A DNA stretch of 64,000 nucleotides from Eledone cirrhosa (lineage: Eukaryota). The notes below the pieces were generated by a model. It was not told where the DNA came from and ran no database searches. It saw only the letters and a program-made list of their open reading frames with translations. The translations under genes were made by a program, and so were the position numbers. Location of the stretch: NCBI GenBank assembly GCA_964016885.1, contig OZ024740.1, positions 3,038,001-3,102,000 of the forward strand, given 5' to 3'. This document shows positions 26,869-38,068 of this stretch, piece after piece (the stretch's first letter is position 1; each line of letters begins with the position of its first letter).

Positions 26869-27799
26869 TAACGCTCTTTATTGCCAGCCTCTTTTCCGTG
26901 CCATACATGGTTCGACTTCATGATGAGCTTCGCTTCTGTGCCAGCCCTATTTTAATTGAAAAGAAGGCAAATAAATGCACCTAAGTTTGTGATTATTAAT
27001 TTGGTTGATTTTTTAGTTTGCCTTTGTTTGTGTTTTGTCTTTTGGGATTTCAATTTTTTTCTTTCTTTTGGGTTTTCATATTTCTGTTTTCAACCTTATT
27101 TGACAGTAAATTTATTAGGATTTTGGTTTGTTATTCTTAATATTTTTTGTTTTTCGTGTTCCGTTTTTGTGATATTTGTTGGTTCTTGGTTGAGAAAAGA
27201 AGTTGAATTCTTATCAGTGAACCAACTCTCCCGGGTAAAACAGATTTTCATTTCCACATCAATTTATCATTACAACTTATTTTATATAAAATATATTTTA
27301 TATAAAATGAATATGAGAAAAAAAAAACATCTTCATATTAATTGTTTACTAATCTGAATAAAAACAGCAGTAACCAGGGCAACGCCGGGTCATTCAGCTA
27401 GTATATATATATATATATATGGCTGTATGATGTATAAAGGTTTATAGATATATGTGGATGTATGATGTATAAAGGTGTATGTATAAATGAGGTTGTATGA
27501 TGTATAAAGGGGTATATATATATGTGGCTGTATGATGTATAAAGGTATATATATATATGGCTGTATGATGTATAAAGGTTTATAGATATATGTGGATGTA
27601 TGATGTATAAAAGTGTATGTATATATGGGGCTGTATGATGTATAAAGGTATATATATATATATATGGATGTATGATGTATAAAGGTTTATAGATATATGT
27701 GGATGTATGATGTATAAAGGTGTATGTATATATGGGGCTGTATGATGTATAAAGGGGTATATATATATGTGGCTGTATGATGTATAAAGGTATATATAT

Positions 27800-28195
27800 A
27801 GGCACCTCTTAACCAAATATAAACCCCAATCCACTAACCCTACCCTATCCTCCCACACCCACCAAGAACACCCTCTCTCTGTAAAGTTGGTACCACAACA
27901 TCCAGTCCAAATAAATGAGATAATGAGATCGAGATCGAGTTCGTGTAGGTGTCACAACAAAACACACAGTCCACGCTGTCATGTGGCCGTGTAGGTAACA
28001 CGGTAAAAACTCCGAGTACACACTGTAAATGTGGTTGGTGTTAGGAAGGGCATCCAACTGTAGAAAACCTGCTAGACAGTCCTATATGAGCGAGACATGG
28101 TCACCTGACCTACCTTGCCTCAAGTGGGACAACTCCCGTCTAACCCATGCTAGCGTGGAAGATGGACATTAAACGATGATGATGATGATGATGAT
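27800..28195 (+). mobile_element. RTE LINE 3'UTR (diverged family-A variant)
   Basis: GTAAATGTGGTTGGTGTTAGGAAGGGCATCCAACTGTAGAAAA module, CCCATGCTAGCGTGGAAGATGGACATTAAAC and (GAT)n tail. Confidence 0.85.
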
Positions 28196-30789
28196 ATATA
28201 TGGCTGCATGATGTATAAAGGTGTATATATATATATATGGCTGCATGATGTATAAAGGTGTGTATATATATATGGCTGTATGATGTATAAAGGTGCGTAT
28301 ATATATATGGCTGCATGATGTATAAAGGAGTATATATATATATATATATGGCTGTATGATGTATAAAGGAGTATATATATATATATGGCTGTATGATGTA
28401 TAAAGGTGTATATATATATATATATGGCTGTATGATGTATAAAGGAGTATATATATATATATATATATATGGCTGTATGATGTATAAAGGTGTATATATA
28501 TATATATGGCTGTATGATGTATAAAGGTGTATATATATATATGGCTGTATGATGTATAAAGGTGCGTATATATATATGGCTGCATGATGTATAAAGGAGT
28601 ATATATATATATATATATGGCTGTATGATGTATAAAGGAGTATATATATATATATATATGGCTGTATGATGTATAAAGGAGTATATATATATATATATAT
28701 GGCTGTATGATGTATAAAGGTGTATATATATATATATATGGCTGTATGATGTATAAAGGTGTATATATATATATGGCTGTATGATGTATAAAGGTGTATA
28801 TATATATATATGGCTGTATGATGTATAAAGGTGTATATATATATATATGGCTGTATGATGTATAAAGGTGTATATATATATATGGCTGTATGATGTATAA
28901 AGGTGTATATATATATATGGCTGTATGATGTATAAAGGTGTATATATATATATATATGGCTGTATGATGTATAAAGGTGTATATATATATATATATATGG
29001 CTGTATGATATATAAAGGTGTATATATATATATATGGCTGTATGATGTATAAAGGTGTATATATATATATATATATGGCTGTATGATGTATAAAGGTGTA
29101 TATATATATATATATATATGGCTGCATGATGTATAAAGGTGTATATATATATATATGGCTGTATGATGTATAAAGGTGTATATATATATATGGCTGTATG
29201 ATATATAAAGGTGTATATATATATATATATGGCTGTATGATGTATAAAGGTGTATATATATATATATGGCTGCATGATGTATAAAGGTGTATATATATAT
29301 ATATATATGGCTGTATGATGTATAAAGGTGTATATATATATATATATATGGCTGCATGATGTATAAAGGTGTATATATATATATATATATGGCTGTATGA
29401 TGTATAAAGGAGTATATATATATATATATATGGCTGTATGATGTATAAAGGTGTATATATATATATATATATATTTGGCTGTATGATGTATAAAGGTGTA
29501 TATATATATATATATGGCTGTATGATGTATAAAGGTGTATATATATATATATGGCTGCATGATGTATAAAGGTGTATATATATATATATATGGCTGTATG
29601 ATGTATAAAGGTGTATATATATATATATATATATGGCTGTATGATGTATAAAGGTGTATATATATATATATATGGCTGTATGATGTATAAAGGTGTATAT
29701 ATATATATGGCTGTATGATGTATAAAGGTGTATATATATATATATATGGCTGTATGATGTATAAAGGTGTATATATATATATATATATATATGGCTGTAT
29801 GATGTATACAGGTGTATATATATATGGCTGTATGATGTATAAAGGTGTATATATATATATGGCTGTATGATGTATAAAGGTGTATATATATATATATATG
29901 GCTGTATGATGTATAAAGGTGTATATATATATATGTCTGTATGATGTATAATGGTATATATATATATATGGCTGTATGATGTATAAAGGTGTATATATAT
30001 ATATATATGGCTGTATGATGTATAAAGGTGTATATATATATATGGCTGTATGATGTATAAAGGTGTATATATATATATGGCTGTACGATGTATAAAGGTG
30101 TATATATATATATATATGGCTGTATGATGTATAAAGGTGTATATATATATATGGCTGTATGATGTATAAAGGTGTATATATATATATGGCTGTACGATGT
30201 ATAAAGGTGTATATATATATATATATATGTCTGTATGATGTATAATGGTATATATATATATATGGCTGTATGATGTATAAAGGTGTATATATATATATGG
30301 CTGTATGATGTATAAAGGTGTATATATATATGTGGCTGTATGATGTATAAAGGTGTATATATATATATATATGGCTATATGATGTATAAAGGTGTATATA
30401 TATATATATATATGGCTGTATGATGTATAAAGGTGTATATATATATATATATGGCTGTATGATGTATAAAGGTGTATATATATATATATATATGGCTGTA
30501 TGATGTATAAAGGTGTATATATATATATATATGGCTATATGATGTATAAAGGTGTATATATATATATATGGCTGTATGATGTATAAAGGTGTATATATAT
30601 ATATGGCTGTATGATGTATAAAGGTGTATATATATATATATATGGCTGTATGATGTATAAAGGTGTATATATATATATATATATGGCTGTATGATGTATA
30701 AAGGTGTATATATATATATATATGGCTGTATGATGTATAAAGGTGTATATATATATATATATATGGCTGTATGATGTATAAAGGTGTAT

Positions 30790-32268
30790 ATCATCATCAT
30801 CATCATCATCATCATCAACGTTTAACGTCCGTGTTCCACGCTTGCATGGGTTTGGACGGGGGTAGTCCCACTTGAGGCAAGAGTGATTGTCTTGCTCGCA
30901 TAGGACTGTCTGGCAGGTTTTCTACAGTTGGATGCCCTTCCTAACACCAACCACATTTACAGTGTGGGTCTGGGAGGTTTTTACCGTGTTGCCTACACGG
31001 CCACATTACAGCGTGGACTGTGTGTTTTTTTGTCGTGACACCTACACGATCTCATTTGTTTTGGCCTGGATGGTGTGGCACCAACACAACTTTACATAGA
31101 AGGGCGCGGTGTGTATGGGGTGGGGGTGGTGGGACGGGGGTGTATTTTGTTAGAGATGCCTACTGACTGTAGTAGGTTTTACTATGTATTTAGGTAAAGC
31201 GGGTCTTCTCTATTACTGAGTACCGCCAAAGGTCTCGGTCCAGTGACATTGTCTTGGAGAGGTGTAAGTGTGTGAGGTCGGAGTTTATCAGCTTGTTCCA
31301 GGTTTTTCTAGGTCTGCCTATTCCGTGGCTACCATCTATCTTTATTGCCCTGCACTTTGTTATACAGCTATCGACTTTCAGCGCATCACGTGTCCATACC
31401 AACGTAGCCTTCTCTCGAGTAAACAACATCTGATCCCTCTTATTTCTAATTTTTTCCTTAGTTCGTTTATGCTTTGCCATTCACGTATATTACTATTACA
31501 CATCCAGCGGAGCATGCAAGCTTCGTTCCTCTCTAGTCTGCGTATATCCTCTGCACACAATGCCCAGGTCTCACTGCCATGCACCATTGCTGCTCGTATG
31601 CAGGCATCGTATAACCTGCCTTTCATTTTTAGGGAGAACCCTCTAGCGGCTAATAGTGGTATAAGCTCTCTGAACTTTTTCCATCCAGTTCTGACTCTAG
31701 CTACTGTACTTTCAGAGCACCCTCGCCCACTGCTTTTTTGTCACCCAGGTAACGGAAGCTGTCCACTATTTCTATAGAGCCCTCTGTGCAGTTGAAAGAG
31801 CTAGTATTTTGTGGGCACTTGCTGCTACTTATTGCACCAGAGCACCGGCCACATGTGAAATCTATGTTCTTAGTTAGCTTACCTGTGATCCCACTACATC
31901 TTTTATGCACCCATACTTTGCATTTCTGACAGAAAATGGAGTTTCTACTTACGCCTTTCCTACACACTGAGCATGGCCACTTCCCGGAAGGGACCGCCGC
32001 CTTATTTTCTTTCCTACAAACTAGAACTTTTGTCTTAGCCAGATTAATTTTAAGGCCTTTTGATTCTAGGCCGTGCTTCCATGCTTGGAATTTCTTCTCT
32101 AGCTCGGCCATTGATTCAGCTATGAGTGTTAGGTTGTCTGCGTATAGGAGTTCCCATGGGCAGCCGGTCTTGAACTCCTCTGTTATAGCCTGAAGGGCAA
32201 TAATAAATAGTAGGGGGCTGAGAACAGAGCCCTGATGGACGCCAACTTTTACGCTAAACTCTTCACTG
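30790..32268 (-). mobile_element. RTE LINE (family A), 5'-truncated and frameshifted
   Basis: [23 protein letters not shown]-like Cys cluster, FRYLG, RLRWYGHVMR, GRPRKTW, 3'UTR and (CAT)n tail. Confidence 0.93.
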
Positions 32269-32382
32269 TATATATATATATATATATGGCTGTATGATGT
32301 ATAAAGGTATATATATATATATATGACTGTATGACGTATAAAGGTGTATATATATATATATATGGCTGTATGATGTATAAAC

Positions 32383-32425
<43 letters not shown>

Positions 32426-32630
32426 TGTATGATGTATAAAGGTATATATATATATATGGCTGTATGATGTATAAAGGTGTATATATATATATATGGCTGT
32501 ATGATGTATAAAGATGTATATATATATGGCTGTATGATGTATAAAGGTGTATATATATGGCTGTATGTTGTATAAAGGTGTATATATATAACAATATATA
32601 CAGAGAAAGAGGTAGTAAGATTATTCGTAC

Positions 32631-32709
32631 CCGAAGAATTCTGTTAAAGTCATCTTTATCAACCCGTAGAAAATGGCAGTTATCCTCACATAGGAATATA
32701 GTGGCAGAC
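32631..32709 (-). CDS. RAPGEF4: Internal exon (79 bp) of an Epac/RAPGEF4-like cAMP-regulated GEF: (R)[26 protein letters not shown]
   Basis: Acceptor ctctattccAG, donor GTacga. 1+26x3 nt. Peptide matches the Epac CNB-B motif [26 protein letters not shown]. Phase fits the exon at 47634-47701. Confidence 0.92.
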
Positions 32710-32829
32710 CTGGAATAGAGATGGTTGTTAGTTTATGCTGTGAATAGAACTATTTAGTATAGCATTAGTTGTTAAATAGTACATTGTCTCATAGAACTGT
32801 ATGATATTCTTATAATTTTAGTTGTTAGA

Positions 32830-35800
32830 TACTACTGTGTATAGTAATATAGAATAGTATAGTACAGAATTACTTGTTAAATAGTCCTGTGTATTGTAGA
32901 ACAGCATAGTATGGTATAGTATATTACAGTACAGTATAGCATAGTTTAGTACACTATACTAAGGTATAGTAGAGTATAATATGGTACAGTATAGTTTAAA
33001 TAGTATAGTGCAGTATAGGACAGTACAGTGTGGTATGGTATAGTATAGTACAGTATAGTATAGTTTAGCATAGTATAGTACAGTATAATACAGAACAGCA
33101 TGGAATAGTAAAGTTTAGCATAGTATAATATAGTACAGCAGAGTATAGTTCAGTACAGTAAAATATAGTATGGTATAGTCTAGTTTAGTATAGTATAATA
33201 TACTATGGTATAGTATAGTACAGTTTGGTATAGTATAGTATAGTATGGTACAGTATAGTATAGTTTAGCATAGTATAGTACAGTATAGTATAGAACAGTA
33301 TGGTATAGTATAGTATAGCATAGTGTAATATAGTATGGAATAGTATAATTCAGTATAGTATAGTATGGTATAGTATGCTTTAGCATAGTATAATATACTA
33401 TGGTATTATACAGTATAGTACAGGATAGTTTGGTACAGTTTAGCATAGTATAGTATGGTATAGTTTAGTACAGTATAATATGGTATAGTTTAGTACAGTA
33501 TAATATGGTATAGTTTAGCATAGTATAATATAGTGTGGTATAGTTTAGAATAGTATAGTATAGTACAGTTAAGTATAGTATAGTGTGGTATAGTTTAGCA
33601 TAGTATAGTATAGTGTGGTATAGTTTAGCATAGTATAGTACGGTATGGTATAGTTTAGTATAGTATAATATGAAACAGTTTAGCATAGTATAGCATAGTA
33701 TAATATAGTGTGGTATAGTTTAGCATAGTATAGCATAGTATAATATAGCATGGTATAGTTAAGTATAGTATAGTGTGGTTAGATTAGCATAGTATAGTAT
33801 AGTGTGGTATAGTTTAGCATAGTATAGTATAGTAAAGTTTAGTATAGTATAGTATAGTATGGTATACTTTAGCATAGTATAGTATAGTGTGGTAGAGTTT
33901 AGCATAGTATATTATGGTATAGTTTAGTATAGTATAGTATAATATGGGACAGTTTAGCATAGTATAATATAGTGTGATATAGTTTAGCATAGTATAGTTT
34001 AGTACAGTTTAGCATAGTATAGTATAGTACAGTTTAGTATAGTATAATATAGTATAGTTTAGTATAGTATAGTATGGTATAGTTTAGTAAAGAATAGTAT
34101 AGTATGGTATAGTTTAGCATAGTATAGTACAGTTTAGCATAGTATAGTATAGTATGGTATAGTTTAGCATAGTATAGTATGGTATAGTTTAGAATAGTAC
34201 AGTATAATATGGTATAGTTTAGCATAGTATAGTATAGTGTCGTATAGTATAGTATAGTATGGTACAGTTTAGCATAGTATAGTATAGTATAGTATGGTAT
34301 AGTTTAGCATAGTATAGTATAATATGGTACAGTTTAGCATAGTATAGTATAGTATGGTATAGTTTGGCATAGTATAGTATAGTATAGTATGGTACAGTAG
34401 GGTATAGTTTAGCATAGTATAGTATAGTATAGTATGGTACAGTGTATCATAGTATAGTATATTATGGTATAGTTTTAGCATAGTATAGTATAGTATGGTA
34501 TAGTTTAGCATAGTATAGTATAATGTGGTACAGTTTAGCATTGTATTAGATAGTATGGTATAGTATAGTATAGTATAGTATGGTATAGTTTAGCATTGTA
34601 TTAGATAGTATGGTATAGTATAGCATAGTATAGTATAGTATGGTATAGTTTAGCATAGTATAGTATAATATGGTACAGTTTAGCATAGTATAGTATAGTA
34701 TAGTATAGTATAGTATGGTATACTTTAGCATAGTATAGTATGGTATAGGTTAGCATAGTATAGTATAGTATGGTATAGTTTAGCATAGTATAGTATGGTA
34801 CAGTTTGGCATAGTATAGTGTGGTATAGTTTAGCATAGTATAGTATGGTACAGTTTGGCATAGTATAGTATAGTATAGTTTACCATAGTATAGTATAGTG
34901 TTGTATACTTTAGCATAGTATAGTATGGTATATTTTAACATAGTATAGTATGGTGTAGTTTAGCATAATATAATATAGTTTGGTATAGTTTAGCATAGTA
35001 TAGTATGGTATAGTTTAGCATAGTATAGTATAGTATAGTATAGTATGGTATAGTCTAGCATAGTATAGTATAGTAAGGTATAGTTTAGCATAGAATAGTA
35101 TAGTATGGTATAATCTAGCATAGTATAGTATAGTAAGGTATAGTTTTGCATAGAATAGTATAGTATGGTATAGTTTAGCATAGTATAGTATAGTATGGTA
35201 TAGTTTAGCATAGTATAGTATAGTATGGTATACTTTAGCATAGTATACTATAGTATGGTATAGTTTAGCATAGTATAGTATAGTATGGTATAGTTTAGAA
35301 TAGTATAGTATAGTATGGTATAGTTTAGTATAGTATAATATGGTACAGTTTAGCATAGTATAGTATAATATGATTTAGTTTAGCATTGTATAGTTTAATA
35401 TGGTATAGTTTAGCATAGTGTAGTATAGTATGGTATAGTTTAGCATAGTATAGTATAGTATGGTATACTTTAGCATAGTATAGTATAGTATGGTATAGTT
35501 TAGCATAGTATAATATGGTATGGTACAGTTTAGCATAGTATAGTATATTATGGTATAGTTTAGCATAGTATAGTATAGTATCGTACAGTTTAGCATAGTA
35601 TAGTATGATATAGTTTAGTATAGTATAGTATAATATGGTACAGTTTAGCATAGTATATTATAGTATGGTATAGTTTAGCATAGTGTAGTGTAGTATGGTA
35701 TAGTTTAACATAGTATAGTATGGTACAGTTTAGCATAGTATAGTATAGTATGGTATAGTTTAGTATAGTGTAGTATAGTATGGTATAGTTTAGCATAGTA

Positions 35801-37160
35801 TAGTATAGTATGTTATAGTTTAGCATAGTATAGTATAGTATGGTATAGTTTAGCATAGTAAAGTATAGTATGGTATAGTTTAGCATAGTATAGTATAGTA
35901 TGGTATAGTTTAGTATAGTATAGTATAGTATGGTATACTTTAGCATAGTATACTATAGTATGGTATAGTTTAGCATAGTATAGTATAGTATGGTATAGTT
36001 TAGCATAGTATAGTATAGTATGGTACAGTTTAGCATAATATAGTATAGGATGGTACACTTTAGCATAGTATAGTATAGTATAATTTACCATAGTATAGTA
36101 TGGTGTAGTTTAGTATAGTATAGTATGGTATATTTTAACATAGTATAGTATTGTGTAGTTTAGCATAATATAGTATAGTATGGTATAGTTTAGCATAGTA
36201 TAGTATAATATGGTATAATTTAGCATAGTATAGTATGGTATAGTTTAGCATAGTATAGTATAATATGGTATAGTTTAGCATAGTATAGTATAGTATGGTA
36301 TACTTTAGCATAGTATAGTATAGTATGGTACAGTTTAGCATAGTATTGTATAGTATAGTATGGTATAGTTTAGCATAATATAGTATAGTATGGTACAGTT
36401 TAGCATAATATAGTATAGTATGGTATAATTTAGCATAATATAGTATAGTATGGTATAGTTTAGCATAGTATAGTATAGTATGGTACAGTTTAGCATAATA
36501 TAGTATAGTATGGTATAGTTTAGCATAATATAGTATAGTATGGTATAGTTTAGCATAGTATAGTATAGTATGGTATAGTTTAGCATAGTATAGTATAGTA
36601 TGGTATAGTTTAGCATAGTAAAGTATATTATGGTATAGTATAGTTTAGCATAGTATAGTATGGTATAGTATAGCATAATATAGTATAATATGGTACAGTT
36701 TAGCATAGTATAGTATGGTATAGTTTAGCATAGTATATTATAGTGTGGTATAGTTTAGCATAGTATACTATAATATGGTATAATTTAGCATAGTATAGTA
36801 TGGTATAGTTTAGCATAGTATAGTATAATATGGTATAGTTTAGCATAGTATAGTATGGTATAGTTTAGCATAGTATAGTATAATATGGTATAGTTTAGCA
36901 TAGTATAGTATGGTATAGTTTAGCATAGTATAGTATAGTTAGGAATAGTTTAGCATAGTATAGTATGGTATAGTTTAGCATAGTATAGTATAGTATGGTA
37001 TAGTTTAGCATAGTATAGTATAGTGTGGAATAGTTTAGCATAGTAGAATACACTATGGTTTTATACAGTACAGTATAGTATGGTACAGTTTAGTATAGTA
37101 TAGTATAGTATGGTAGAGTTCAGTATAGTATAGTACAGTTTAGCATAGTATAGTATTAGT
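32830..37160. repeat. Pentamer satellite (TAGTA)n with variants TAGTT/TAGCA/TGGTA ordered as 25/30-bp units
   Basis: Unit TAGTT TAGCA TAGTA TAGTA (TAGTA) TGGTA repeated; increasingly degenerate towards the left edge. Confidence 0.96.
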
Positions 37161-37446
37161 TAGCAGTGGTGTGTGTTCTTTTAACTGTATCGTATGATAT
37201 GGCATTACATGTTAAATAGTGCTGTACATGTATATGATGATGATGACATTGTTGTTGATGTTTATGGTTACACTGACAATAAGGTGATAATGGCTTCTTA
37301 TCAGTATAAATGATGAGCACTTAACCCGTTAATGAACTGAATGTATGACTTGTATGTGGTTGAGTATTCCATGGATACATGTGCCTTGAATGTAATACTT
37401 AGGCTGAATCAACATGACACAATGTGAAACAGGTAAAAGTCATCTA

Positions 37447-37560
37447 ACAGGCTTCCACACAGTTTCTGTCTAATAAGTTGCACACACAAGACTTGGCTAA
37501 AGCTGAGGCTATGGTTAAGACATAACAAAGAGGCCACACAGTAGGATTGAACCCTTTTCT
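37447..37560 (-). mobile_element. Old degenerate tRNA-SINE fragment
   Basis: Reverse complement begins with the B-box-like GGGTTCAATCC and continues ..ATAGCCTCAGC..AGACAGAAACTGTGTGGAAGCC. Confidence 0.45.
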
Positions 37561-37719
37561 TCTGGACCACACTATATCATGACAATAATGACTTCTTTAT
37601 TGGCCACAAGGGCTGAAATATAGAGGGGCAATACAAATATATCATAACAATAATAGTATGATGGTATTAACAGCAATACTGCAGATGATGATGATAATGG
37701 TGGGGGGTCTTTGTAATAG

Positions 37720-37873
37720 GTTCTGATTTTGGCAGCAATTTTTGGAGGAAAGAACAGTTGATAACATTGATCCCCAGTACTTAACTGCTACTATATCTTA
37801 TCAAGCTTGGAAGGATGAAATGCAAAGTTCACCTTGACAGTATTTAAACTCACAAAGTAAAATAGTTGGATGA
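37720..37873 (-). mobile_element. Degenerate copy of the SINE family found at 37874 and 60881
   Basis: GAAGGATGAAATGCAAAGTTCACCTTGACAGTATTTAAACTCA aligns with AAGGATGAAAGGCAAAGTTAACCTCGGCGGGATTTGAACTCA. Confidence 0.65.
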
Positions 37874-38068
37874 AATAATTAATTCTACTTTTGGCACAAG
37901 GCCAGCAATTACCCCAATGTATTACTGGAACATTATTTTATCAATCACGTAAGGATGAAAAGCAAAGTTAACCTCGGCAGGATTTGAACTCAGACCATAA
38001 AGGGCCGCACCTCTTTGCTGCAAAGCATGGCGTCAGACCCTCTACCTGTACTGCCAATCCACCACCCT
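37874..38068 (-). mobile_element. tRNA-derived SINE whose 5' head is the first monomer of satellite array 2
   Basis: Colinear with solo SINE 60881-61078. B box GAGTTCAAATCC (rc of 37980-37991). Continues without a break into the array at 38026. Confidence 0.9.

Larger units (their letters stand above)
23926..27401 (+). mobile_element. Helitron, internally deleted (Rep/HUH region absent) but with intact termini
   Basis: 5' TC (A|TCTACTATATAA). 3' hairpin ACCAGGGCAACGCCGGGT, then CTAG|T. Inserted between A and T of the minisatellite without TSD. Pif1 helicase remnant inside. Confidence 0.93.
21008..32590. repeat. Minisatellite GGCTGTATGATGTATAAAGGTG(TA)n, variable-length unit ~30-45 bp, split by insertions (blocks ~21008-21186, 22138-23152, 23614-23925, 27402-27800, 28196-30789, 32269-32590)
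   Basis: Constant 22-bp core separated by variable (TA) runs; same orientation in all blocks. Confidence 0.95.

Noticed and set aside
22015-30818. Tyr/Ile/His-rich ORFs up to 463 aa; constant core with variable spacer suggesting an array system
   Set aside because: Translations of the minisatellite; the spacers are only (TA)n length variants.
33180-36706. YYTMLNYTIL-type ORFs
   Set aside because: Translations of the pentamer satellite.
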